A stretch of DNA of 62,039 nucleotides, the filler included, from Sphacelaria rigidula (Eukaryota): the NCBI GenBank assembly GCA_964200075.2. It is 11 parts of 11 records of this genome, joined end to end, with 100 filler letters (N's around TTAATTAATTAA, not from the genome) between each part and the next. Parts side by side here need not be neighbours in the genome. Positions count along the whole stretch, not along the records: positions 1 to 5,549 come from CAXNAA020026416.1; positions 5,650 to 11,198 come from CAXNAA020026417.1; positions 11,299 to 16,847 come from CAXNAA020026418.1; 8 more parts are not named here. One strand, given 5' to 3'. A program made the translations under genes and the position numbers. The notes under the pieces were generated by a model. That model did no database searches, was not told the DNA's origin, and saw only the letters and a list, made by a program, of their open reading frames with translations. Shown piece after piece: positions 1 through 11,749 of this stretch (position 1 is the stretch's first letter; every line of letters begins with the position of its first letter).

Positions 1-599
1 AATGTGTCGGTATCGTCCTCGCGTGGTGCCAAGTAAATGGATACGTTTGGAAGCATCATCCCCACACGGGACAAAAGGACGTCCTGTTTGCGCCAGTTTC
101 TAATTTGAAGTTGTTGAAATTCGCCCAGCTGTGCTGAAGCGCCCGATTTATCGACTGTAACCTGCCCCATTGACTCTTGCGATCACCCGTACCCTTCGCC
201 GCTGCCCCCGATCAATCATTTTCGCAGGATCATGCAGGAGACGTGCAAGACGCATCTCTTTCAAGTGTCGACGGTCGGCGTGACATCAAATTGCGCAGAG
301 TCAGCGATTCGTGTAGGCCACGTACTGTCCCTCAAGGAGGAGACCACGGATGGGGTAGAGGTGGAGCAGGAGCGGCGGTCTTGGAGTCTACCGAGTCCCA
401 GCGTCCGGTGTTCGTTGTACCGTTGATTGCTGTTCAGCACAGCCTGGTGTTTTTGTTCTGGTTAGCCAGTTCCAAGTGCTCCCGGTGTTTTGTAGCCAAT
501 TTGCTGATGCGGTAGTATTTATTTTCCCGTGTTGATGGGTCATGAGCTATTCTTGATGGGTCCCTCGGCTCATGTTTCGAGTGCATTTTCGGAAATCCG

Positions 600-1121
600 A
601 TGCGGTTGGCGAGAGTCACTGGCAAAATCGATTTGCTGCAGTTCATAGACGGGAGGCGCTCCATTGGCTTCGTGCAAGAGAATTTGTTATGGTCCGCTGC
701 CATCGAGGGTGAGATGATGGAACAGAATCCAGGGTCCCACCACGTTTTGCGACTTTTCCCGGCACGAAAAGGCGGGATATCACCAGTCATATCACACGCG
801 ATGCCTTGCGCTTTCAAAAACAACGACGGAAACTGCGGCGAAATTGTTGAACAGAAAAGTGATTTCAAGATATCCACGAGTCCCAAGTCCACACGACGAA
901 TGGTGGCATCAACCGCATTTTCGAATGAATTCGGGCACAACCTGGCTAAATCGTATCTTTTACTCGAACCGCACGACTCACACTACGTTGGAGACATCTT
1001 GAACGGTGCATTTTTCCACAAATGCGCCCCTGTGGGCCAGCGCACAACATTGTCCAACATTATTCTGCCATTCCATTCAGGCAACGGGTGGCAGGAATGT
1101 TCCAACATGCTACACATGTAA
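600..1121 (+). other. Unidentified ORF, possibly a remnant of a decayed gene or transposon protein
   Basis: 173-aa ORF with protein-like composition. The frame continues past stops on both sides. No motif recognised. Confidence 0.2.
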
Positions 1122-2553
1122 ACTTTTCGTCTCATCATCGGAACCGGCGCAGCGAGACATGTTATGAATGAAACCTCACTCTCAATCGTACTTTCAACGC
1201 TCGATTTCACGGAAACATTGGTAGTTTTGCCGGCAGGATTTTGCATCAATGTGCGAGGTAAGCGTTTTGTCCATTAATGATGCAGACACACCCGGCCGCT
1301 GAAAGCCATGAAGAGCCTGCTCCCAATCGGATCATAGATTCTCAATCTCACGAAAACATTGTTACATTCGCATAATGTATGAACTGACGGTATACAACCC
1401 CACGCAGTCACCCTTTCGTGCCGCCGGGGGTGCTGCGATACTGCCCTGTACAGTACTGGGTGTGTTCACAGGAGTGTGGGGTAGGTTGATTGCAGACTCA
1501 CGTCATGCACAACATCGCGCTCAAGCAGGTTCCGACAGCACCATCCTGCCTTTTGAAAAATGGATGAAGGCGACGCAGACGCCATGTGCCCTGCAGTTAT
1601 GCACCGTCACTGCGGTGTAGAGTCTGCCAAGTGCCGTCGCCCCAGGGGTGATACCTTTCTGCTTCGTGTCATGTCTGTAATATATTTTGAAAATATCTCT
1701 GTAAAGCGCGGGGCATGCACAGAACTGCGCTCTGCCAAGTACGTGCCGACAATATCATACTTCGGGCGGACTATTACACAACGGCGTAGCGAAAGGCACA
1801 GTTGCCCCACCACATCTATACCACGGGTTGATCGTTCCCGACCGTTGCATAGACTTCATGCTGCATGAGATTCATGACGCCGGCTACTGCTATCGTCTCG
1901 TGCCGTCTACTCTCGTGGCCGAGTTGTCACGACATGCCCGTATTTATCTTGCACGGAGTGTAGCCGCAAGTCAACACTGTAACCTACTGTATTTATTGAC
2001 TGTAGTGTTTTTCATCTGGCCGGATTACGGTAGACGGTGTCCGTCGGCTCCCCCCCGTGTACATGTATATCGCCTGTTCGGACGCCTACGATTACACCCG
2101 CCATGTACCGCACGCACAATCCACTGTGCCTTCCACATGTGGTGACAGGATTTCGCTGGGCTCAGTCATACTGTGCTGTATGTACGGTGTGGCTTGGCAA
2201 ACTCGCCACCCGATGCTGCAGCCCGTCAAAGCGGTGCTTATTCCCTTATGTACAAATGATAATAAAGAAACGAGCCAGGTTGGACCCTGGAGCCCATTGC
2301 TATTTTTTGAATGGAATGTTTCATCGTGGTTTTGCTAATTATTGTCGATGGATAGAATTGGACACACTTCATCCGTTGCGTGGTATGGTTGGACAAACCT
2401 CACCCAAATTCTCCAGGGAGGATATTCTTCTTCGGGCTTCCATTTTAAAAATGGTTGCCGTTGGCCTATTCTGTTTCCATGTTTTCCTCTTCGTCAGGGC
2501 TTCTCATAATAAGGCGTTTGGCCAGAGGACAGGAGGGGAGGGCTCCAAAAGGG

Positions 2554-5398
2554 TTAACAAGTGAGTATGACGTCATCAAATACAATGCGGAGCGTGATCC
2601 AGATCTCAGTATTCAGAGCATCGGAACAACAATGCGAAATATGTATGCTAATCGCATGGCGCGGAGATTTACCTCAGGGAAATCGCATGGCCGCGATTCA
2701 TCACTGCTGGTGATATCACTGTCGAAATCTTTGAATCAACCCCAGAAATTCCGCGGAAATTGCTACACCTGCGGTAAACCAGGACATCAGGCCAGAGACT
2801 GTCGCTCCTAACTGCAGTAAAAAAATGGGAACAGGCCTGTAAAGTGGTGCATTTCCATCACACTGACAAGCATGATGATACCGAGTGTAGATCTCAACAG
2901 AACCGCGGGAATACAGCCGACAAACGCTGGAAACAACAACAACAACCACCATCGTCGCAGAAATCCCCGCCATCGAAATAACAACCGTGACAGCAGCAGC
3001 AACAACAACAGTAGGAGCAACCACGACAGCAACATCGGCAGCAACAACTCCAACGGACATCAACGCCAAGCCAACACAGCCGTCGCCGATCCAGCTTCTA
3101 CAACAGTACCATCGAGCTACAACGGCCTGGAAACTTCTTCATCAAGAGTTGCGACAGTGATGGATACATCCTCACCACCAAACGGTATGGGATTTTCTCT
3201 TCTTTCTGGTTCACATGTCACTGATACATCCGATCAAATTTCGTTTCAGTTGACAGTGAATAGCGGCAGCACTGGACATTTTTGGATGATCAGTTGCTAC
3301 CTGATATCGAACGTGAAATGGTCGAGCTGGTCAAACTCGATCCACCGATGACTACTTGAACAGCGGGACGCCATCTACTGCACGGTACAGCAAAAGGAGT
3401 TCTGAACACCGTGGTCATTGACTCTTAGGGGTACCAACGTCCCGTACGGCTCCCAGCCGTAATTGTCCCAGGTTTGGGGAAACATCTGTTCTCCCCTGTG
3501 CAAGCTCTTGCGAAGGGCGCTTCGACTATATTTTCTCACGAGTTCCATATAGACCTCGGAAAGTTTAAAGTGCAGATCAACAGTGACAGCAACGGGGCGT
3601 TACAGTACATAAGCGTGAGAGTTTCTCGGAAACCGGGTATATTAACAACAGCTCAGCATTAACAGCTACAATTATATCAGGAGAGTCTATGGGCATAGGG
3701 TCAGCCATTGTTGCAGAAGCCATTCACCACGACATGCCGGGAATTTCAGCAGCCATGTCTGCCACAGCGGGAGCAGAACCGACAGCTTTGACTACCACGA
3801 CAGGAGCAGACATTTGGCATAGGCGACTTGAACATCCCACGGAGCAGGTCATGCGCCGTCTACTGAATATTCCTGAATCAGGTGTGAACTTTTAGGGGTC
3901 ACTGTCACCTTGTGTAACGTGCAAGCTTAATAAGAGTGTACAGCAGGACCACCCAAAGACCGTAGACTCACGAACATTTCGGAACGACTGAAATTGGTCA
4001 GCACTGACCTAACAGGGCCGATTACGCCTATGGCGCAGGGCGGCTACCGCTACATGGCAAAATTTACGGATCACTTCTCGCGCTTGAAGGTAGTCTACTT
4101 CATCAAAACGAAGGATGAGACCCAAACTACGCTCTGCAGATTCATCCAAGATTTGGCTATTCCTTTAGGACTCCGTGTACACCGTCTGTGGTCAGACCGT
4201 GGGGGTGAATACATCGCAGACTATTTTAAGAAGTACTGCAAGACTACGGGCATCCGCCAAGAGTTCACTACTCCATACACTCCTCAGCAGAATGGCATCA
4301 GTGAAAGAGACGGGCGGAGCATCTTGAACGTTACTCTTTGTCTCCTAAATGAATCGAATTTGCCGAAATTTCTTGGGGGAGAAATTGCTGCAACTGCGGT
4401 CTTTTTAATCAATCTCCTACCGCACACGAGCATCGGCGGCGATACACCATATTTTCGAATGTTTCCCAAGCAACCGAAGCTATCATCCTTGCGGACAATC
4501 GGCTCGAGGGCAATTGTGCACAGGGAGCGTTATCACAGTAAGTTAGAAGAAAGGGCTTGGGAAGGAGTGCTAGTAGGGTATGATTCCGATAGTCCATCAT
4601 ACCGCATTTACAACCGCTACTCGGGGAAAATATCCAGCTCTAGAAACGTTACTTTCATCGAACAAGTAACAGGAGCTCCTTGCAATGATGAAGATTCTTC
4701 GACTTTGGATATCCAGGAACCTGACGTATCTGCAGTTGATCAGGAACAATACGACGACATCAACAACTTCAACATAAATATTTGTATATATGTATAGCTC
4801 AGCTAGAGGACAGCACCACGGAGGACAACTCACCGACTACAGGGCCGCCTATCGCCCAAAGGAGGTTGCGTTCAGCCGGTGGTCCCAATCATCATCCTTC
4901 TGAATCGGTTGACAAACGGCAAGCCAGTGAGCTAAAACGACTAGCTTACATGTCTTCTGCGGGTCAGCATGCTGCAGCAACACTGGAAATGGTATGTCAG
5001 TGTATAGGTACTGTTGGAGTTGAACAGGTTGCAACACCCGCGTCAGTTTCAGTACCTACCAGCTATCGACAGGCATCGAGTTCACCACACTCGACGAAAT
5101 GGAAAGCAGCCATGCTGGACGAACTTCAAAGTATCAAGAATCATGATGTAGCCGATATCGTCCAGGCCAGCTCTATTCCCAGCAACAACAACATCATCGG
5201 TACAAGGTGGGTCTTTAAGGTCAAAGCCGACGGGCGTTTTAAAGCCCGATTGGCGGTACAAGGTTGGTCTCAGAGGCATGGACTCGACTGCGGGAGTACT
5301 TTCGCTCCAGTTTGCAGGTTAGAAAGTCAGCGATTGTTACTGGCAATTGCTACTGCGAAAAATTGGCCTATTTTAGCCCTCGACGTACAAACTGCTGA
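2554..5398 (+). mobile_element. Degenerate Ty1/copia LTR-retrotransposon gag-pol (no LTRs in this scaffold)
   Basis: Copia domain order: gag, zinc knuckle CYTCGKPGHQARDC (2761-2802), protease-like TVNSGSTGHF, pre-integrase IWHRRLEHP, integrase (STDLTGP..SDRGGEY..TPQQNGISER), RT start (WVFKVKADGRFKARLAVQG..LDVQTA). Multiple stops and frameshifts. Confidence 0.95.
3994..4797 (+). pseudogene. Copia integrase core (rve) ORF
   Basis: D..D..E motifs: STD, SDRGGEY, QQNGISER. Downstream SH3-like GVLVGYDSDSPSYRIYN. Confidence 0.9.
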
Positions 5399-5549
5399 GT
5401 GATGCTACGGTAGGGGTGCACAAATAATTTCTGAGGTTAGAATTGTTAGGAGCTCCTTATTTCATCCAAAACACGACTTAACAACAAATTGTGAGAATTG
5501 AGGTTTAACTTCGAGATGAGGCTCAAGCCTAAAACAGTGCTTTCCCCAC

Positions 5550-5649
5550 NNNNNNNNNNNNNNNNNNNNNNNNNNNNNNNNNNNNNNNNNNNNTTAATTA
5601 ATTAANNNNNNNNNNNNNNNNNNNNNNNNNNNNNNNNNNNNNNNNNNNN
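5550..5649. other. Artificial scaffold spacer, first of 10. The others are 11199-11298, 16848-16947, 22497-22596, 28146-28245, 33795-33894, 39444-39543, 45093-45192, 50742-50841 and 56391-56490
   Basis: 100-bp N run with a central TTAATTAATTAA (stop codon in all six frames). Every intervening segment is 5549 bp (11x5549 + 10x100 = 62039). Confidence 0.98.
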
Positions 5650-5750
5650 CGAAAACCCGGCGGGCTCCGTCCCGGCACTGTAGGGATGCGAGGTCAATTG
5701 CCTTATGACTATGGCATGCATGATCATGAGTACACCCCTTCCCCCCCCCG
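5650..5750 (+). mobile_element. LINE family B 3' end followed by a C-tract
   Basis: Near-identical to 18700-18802, 22670-22775, 11470-11525(-) and 23251-23290. Ends GAGTAC+C-run. Confidence 0.7.
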
Positions 5751-7133
5751 CATCCGCGGCACGAGTCGTGGTCTCAAGGGATCAGTCCATCTCTCCCCAG
5801 ATGTATGCCTACACATCGTTATCGCAGTTTCAGTTTTCCTTTTGTTGGGTATGTCCATCATGTGACCACGGCTGGACCCCTCCGGGGTCACTTCAAGTGG
5901 ATTCCGAGCCCAGAAGCTGTCCACATATCTCAACCGTGGATGCGGATACGGGTGTCAAGTTGACCTGAAGATTCAAGCGCTGACCGCGAACAAAAATGGG
6001 GAAACCTTAAAATTCCTCGTCTTGAGAAAACTCCGCCAATATTTGCCACGTTCCATCATTTGGAGGTGGATGTACTCGGGGTGTGCTGTGAAATCTGAAA
6101 ACCGGAGGCAGGCGCCCATGCCGTTCGCAGTTCTCCGCGGCACACGTACACGGGCGGGAGTTCTTATCGTAGCATCAGCCCTTCTGTTCAGACCCGCGGT
6201 CGAATCATTGAAGATTCTGGGCAACCGCACATGAAGATGTCACTCTTCCGGTAGGAGGTGTGTCATCGCGGAGACGAGTTACGGATGGTACTCTGCCGCA
6301 CTAAGCGATACGAACCATCGGTACGATTAGTATATCGGATGGATAAAACGTCGAGCAACATCACACCAGTAACGTAACAAGGGATCGGATATATATATAT
6401 ATATATATATGTGCACAAATATTTCCGATTACTGCCTGAATGCATCATCCACAATCGCAGAGGCACCAAAAAAGAGGAAAGGACAGCCGTGAAAGAACGG
6501 CAGTCATATCGCAGGGAAGGGGCGGCATGGAAATGCCGGGCGGGGGGTTAGGGAAGGGTGGGGGCTGCACGAATGAGGAGGGTGCATATGGTTACTTCCG
6601 TACGAACCGAAGGGGCAAACAAACAGCTGAAGTCTGTCTAAACACGTACGGTCGTTCGTTTGTGGTACGGAGTAGCGGTTTTCGCTGAAGAGTAGCGTTC
6701 GTCTTGGTCTGAGCATCACGTGGGTGCCCTCAAAGCTTTCTTACATCTCGGCAGCCATTGAAATAAGTTGTTGTGACTGGTTACTGTGTTTATCGGTGGA
6801 ACGAGCCTGCATTGGATATTGATTCTTTACTTTCCAAAAATGAAAAATACACAACTACTGTGCCTAAACGTACTTTCTTGCGTTGAGCTTGACAAAAACG
6901 GAAATCTAGGTTTCCTTTCCACCTACCGTACCGCTACCCTCACATTGGACGTTTTGCAGACACGTGGTCGAAGGATAGAAGGTTCTCCCCCCCCTGACCA
7001 GAAAGCCAAGAAACAAAATTTGGAGCAACGATACATTGCCAACAACACCTTCCTTCCAGGGTTGTACACGATAAATGGCACAATAAGCGTTACAACAATA
7101 CTAATATATCAATAGTCACTAGCAAGGCCTCAC

Positions 7134-7306
7134 CTCGTGCGTGAAAAGATTTACCCTCCGCTTCGTCGGATGGAGCAGCGTTTTAAGCAGGATTATCCCG
7201 GCTGCGAACGTGTCGGCAGCCGGTGTTGCCACGCAAGTCTTTCCGAGTGTTTCAGGCGCGAGGTATGCGTTCGTGCCGACGAGAGGCCCACGGAAGCCGT
7301 GCGATC
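7134..7306 (-). CDS. Protein kinase exon (activation loop to subdomain IX)
   Basis: SHGFRGPLVGTNAYLAPETLGK..AADTFAAGIILL. AG acceptor and GT donor. Phase-1 join with the upstream exon gives KIADMGMVT-R-SHGF. Confidence 0.85.
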
Positions 7307-8749
7307 CTGAGAAAGGGACACGGGTGTGCGTGCGGTGTGGAAGGGGGGGGAGGCGGTGTGAACACGACTGCGTGTGCATGAACACGGTATCCCTCTGAGG
7401 CGTACATAGAGACCTGGATGAAGTGATTATCGCGAGAGTAACCTGGTATTTGATGTCGTGGTGGGGTTTTCTGGATAGTTTCGAAACCCCGTGGTTTGTC
7501 GTGTTCAGCATAATCATTCGTGCGGGGTCTGCTTGATGTAGTCAACAAGAAGGTTTCCTCACGAGCCTTGTTCCTCGCTCAAACCCAGCTGATGGTGTAA
7601 TAACCTCATAGCCACCTCGAGAACGCAAGAAGGATTGGTTTCCTGAGGGTGTAGGTTGCCGTGATACTGACACTGGAACGACTCGCACTGTGGTTCGGCA
7701 AAACACACCAAATATCTCTCCTCATCCATACTGAGATTTTCACGGTAAGAAAGGGGATATGATCACGCGTCCTTTACAGGAATATGCGGTTTTCTAGCAT
7801 CAACACACGCACACAGTGCGTTCATCTTGTTTTACACAACAGCGCGAGACTTGCTGACGAGATACGTCGATATTATGCACGACAAGAGTACCCACCATGC
7901 TCGCTACCCAAGACTTTCGTATTGGAGTGCAGATGGAGCAACGCATGCGCACTAGGTGTTGCCTGATCATTCCTCGATGGACAAGAGGGTTCTATCCACA
8001 GGTAGTACCGTACTCGTGGAAGTGACTTGCCCTACGATCGCTCCTGGGTCATAAGCAAAGGCAGGTACAACTCGGCAGATGCAAAGATGTGCCGCTACTC
8101 TTCCCGAAAACAGCTGTTTGGACCCCAAGACGCCAGCCTTTGAGGACACCAAAAACAATGATGACGAAGCAACATACCGTCTGCACATGTCAACTGTAAG
8201 ATAAAACGACGTTTCCGTACACTCTGTCGGCATTGTAGTGACCGCGCCCGCATGACACCCAACACACGCGATAGCCTTCATCGGCACCAGCCGCAGGCAT
8301 AATCACCACGCACGTATTGTACCCACACGACATCAGAGTACGCGCCTGGTCAATTGGTAGAACTAGCCTCACGAGTTAGCGTGCGGTACTGCGCGAGGCA
8401 GACAGGCTGGCGAGTACTTCTCGCGGTATGCTCTCATGACAATTTTCATGCGGCACTGCTCAGTTGAAGTGCGATGATCAATCAAATCAAACAAAACTGC
8501 CCCCAGGGTAGGTATTGGAACAGGGGGGACGAGGGGGGCAAGACCCGAACGGAAAATATCATCAGCACATGGAGTACACCCGTGTTGTGTTACCGTGGGA
8601 CGTGTGAGGCATGAAAAATACGTATTAATCGAGTCGCATACTCCTTGTACTTCCGAATCTGAGATTTCGACCCGACTCAAGGGAGAACGAGGCAACATGT
8701 CTCAGGTACAATACCACCTACACCCACAGGTCAGAAAAAACAGGCATCG

Positions 8750-9470
8750 GAGGGGCGGAGCATGCTCAGTTGTCGCTTGCCATAGCCGTTTGATCTTCTG
8801 AGACAGAGTACTTTTCCTACTCCTGATAAAGACCCCTCCAAAATTCGAGCGCTCATTGCACTTATTTCCATACATTTCACAGCAACATTTTACACATCTT
8901 ACCCCCATCCTCTTTCACCGTCTGTGGCCACCATCTATCTCCTAGTGTAACGGTCATTTTCTCACCACCATCTAATGCATTCAACGATTTCATGACACCT
9001 TCGTTCACTTCCCACGTTTTCCCCTCGAACACGTCCCATTCCTTCCTTTATGGTTCACATTCTCCCACTACATGAGCTCTACGCTCTGTTGATTTGCCAC
9101 CAGGTCAATCGTGTTCATCTACGTCCTCCTTCACCCACCTGTTGATACCCGTATTTCTCGTTTCTGGTTGGTCCAGATCCTGCCCCTAACCCCGACCGCC
9201 TATCCCTGAGCGAAAAAGTGCCCTTGACCGGGCGGGGCCCTTAACCTGCCACAGATCCCCCTCTCAAAGCCGCGCTTTCAAGTTTCTCGCGGAGTCCATT
9301 GGGCTATGCAGATGTGTTTTCATCCCTATTCCCTCTGTCAACCTCCTGTATATCTTCAGGTGCTCTTCGTCGTCTACTTTCCGGCATAGCGCTTGTTTCT
9401 CCCTTAGTTGTGCCACGTCTCTTTACTTTCGCCTTGAACACCCGACATTTTCCCACGGACAATATCTCGT
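8750..9470 (-). mobile_element. LINE family A 3' fragment inside the kinase intron
   Basis: Collinear with 30890-31520. Has the same 3' terminal motif and C-rich end. Confidence 0.8.
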
Positions 9471-10656
9471 CTTGGTTCGCAAAGGAGTGAAAGAGCGGGA
9501 GGGGATGCTGGACACGCTAGTGTCTAAATTTCACCATGTTGTAGTTGTACTAACTTGCTGTCCGATGAATCTATATTCATATGCATATGCATGTGTCTGA
9601 GCTGTGATATATCCTTGTTTCGCTCGGTAGCAATGGTGAGAACTCCGTTCTTTGCTCAGATGCACACACAGCCAGACACATTCCTCCGTCGCGCCTCGGT
9701 GGTATAACGGTACAACTGACACAGTTAGGTTGGGACGAACGTGGGTTTGATTCCCAACAGATCGACACGGTTCGAGACCCGCAACAACATTACCGGGAGA
9801 TGGTACTCGGTGTTGGCGGTGATATTCCACGCACCCCTCCGCAGTACCGGAGAAACTGTCATGCTGCCGTACAGTAGATAGCCGGAAAAGCATCACCGAA
9901 GGGCGATATATCCAGGGAGGTAATGTACACTACACCACCATTACGGTACTTCAAGTAGAGATGACACATACAAGATACCAAGAACAGCCGAAAACTAGCA
10001 TCACCCGGGGGATGTTATACTACGTACAAGCGATAGTTATCATCAACGGAGCAGCACAGGTGGAAACCTTCTGAGCCTATCGGTTTGGCTAGCAACCGCT
10101 TCACGAGCTCAAATGACCTCCAGCCACACGCTTCGTGGAACATAAATCACCGAGGGGCGACGACGCGCGATAAAAGTTAAACAACTTGTCATCTTCCAAA
10201 ATTAGCAGAGACACAGCACATCTCCCTCCCCATCGTCGACAACACCTTCGGCGGTAAAGAGTAGACAACGTACGTTCGCAGCCGTGTCGAAGAATGCAGT
10301 ATTAAATAGCACCTTGAGATTGATGCTGGACATCTTCACTGGATGCAAGCGAGTTTCGTTCACCATCATAACTTATCGCAAATGGGACGTGTCGCGCCAT
10401 TGCTTTTGATCCTTTGTTGTTGTATCGCCATACGTGTTTGTGGCTTCCCAGGGGTGCATGTCCGTGTATTCCGGATCAGTAGTAACTCAATCAGAATCGA
10501 TTGGCACCCTGTAGGGTTACCGTCTTCTTTCCATTACTTGAAACGGGCACATATCCTCCTGAATCGAAATGGCGAGCATACTGGGGAGGTACTTTGTTCA
10601 TGTGCATATTACCACATCTGCCTGTCTCGAAAATGTGTTGTTCGGTCTGCACTCAC

Positions 10657-10802
10657 TGGTCACCATGCCCATGTCGGCGATCTTCGTAGTGAAGGACCCG
10701 TCTCCGTTGGTATGGATGAGCAGGTTCGCCGGCTTGAGATCGTTGTGAATGAAACCCTTGCCGTGCAGATATTCCAGTCCCTTGAGGAACTGGATTGCCA
10801 GC
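10657..10802 (-). CDS. Protein kinase exon (catalytic loop, subdomains VIa-VII)
   Basis: LAIQFLKGLEYLHGKGFIHNDLKPANLLIH..KIADMG. TTTCAG acceptor, GTGAGT donor. Confidence 0.9.
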
Positions 10803-11530
10803 CTGAAAGTATGCCAGGTCATGGTGCAGGTGTGATAAGTGGCGTTCGTGTCTTGCGAAAATGTCTCGGCGCAATTTGACATGATTCGGTACGTCTACGT
10901 TCGTTCCTCTTCGAACACCGCACCTTCGAAGCATACGACGACGATGAACATCACCACAAACTACAGTAACAACAGCAGCGACAGCGACAGTAAGAATACG
11001 ACATACGAATCAACACGCCTCCCCACACCCAAAGGGCTAAGGATGTGCCACAATACTTACTGATGGGCGAGACGGTACAACTGATCGAAGGGAGTATTCA
11101 ACAAGTTCAAGCAACAGAGGAATTGACTATATTTTGCAAGTGTTACACTTTGCCAACCACGCGTTAGTGTGACGCTTGGAGGGGGGAGAGTGGGGGGGNN
11201 NNNNNNNNNNNNNNNNNNNNNNNNNNNNNNNNNNNNNNNNNNTTAATTAATTAANNNNNNNNNNNNNNNNNNNNNNNNNNNNNNNNNNNNNNNNNNNNCC
11301 ATTCTGCGGAGTTGAGATTCTCCCACGCCGCACAACATGATCTAGCTCGACAACCATCACGGTTACCGCAAAAAAAAAAAACGCAAGCGCGCAGGAAAAA
11401 AGCGGCAACCTGCTTGCCTAGCTCACGTAGTGAGTGGCGTGTTTCATAGCGTCATCGCCAACCGACGCCAACTCCGCCCCTACAAAGCCGGGACGGAGCA
11501 CGCCGGGTTCTCGCCGGACCAGGCTGAAAA

Positions 11531-11650
11531 GGGGGGGGGGGGAGGGGACGTCTTCACTCGTTGCTTGCCTTAGTCGTTTGACTATTGACCACGCACGCAT
11601 CCCTTTCGAGGCGGAACACCGTTCCTAAACGTAATAGAGACACTTCCAAC
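11531..11650 (-). mobile_element. LINE family A 3' end with C-tract, abutting a family B fragment (11470-11525)
   Basis: GTTGCTTGCCTTAGTCGTTTGAC..GCATCCCTTTCGAG motif next to a G-run on the + strand. Confidence 0.8.
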
Positions 11651-11749
11651 ATTGTGGGGCGTCGTATAAGCGCGGCAAGGGCATGCGAATACCAGGCTGC
11701 GACTCAGCTACTTGGGGGTAGCACTATATAATAGGGCAGAAGCCGTCAA

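Noticed and set aside
5594..5605. TTAATTAATTAA motif repeated 10 times
   Set aside because: Artificial linker embedded in N spacers
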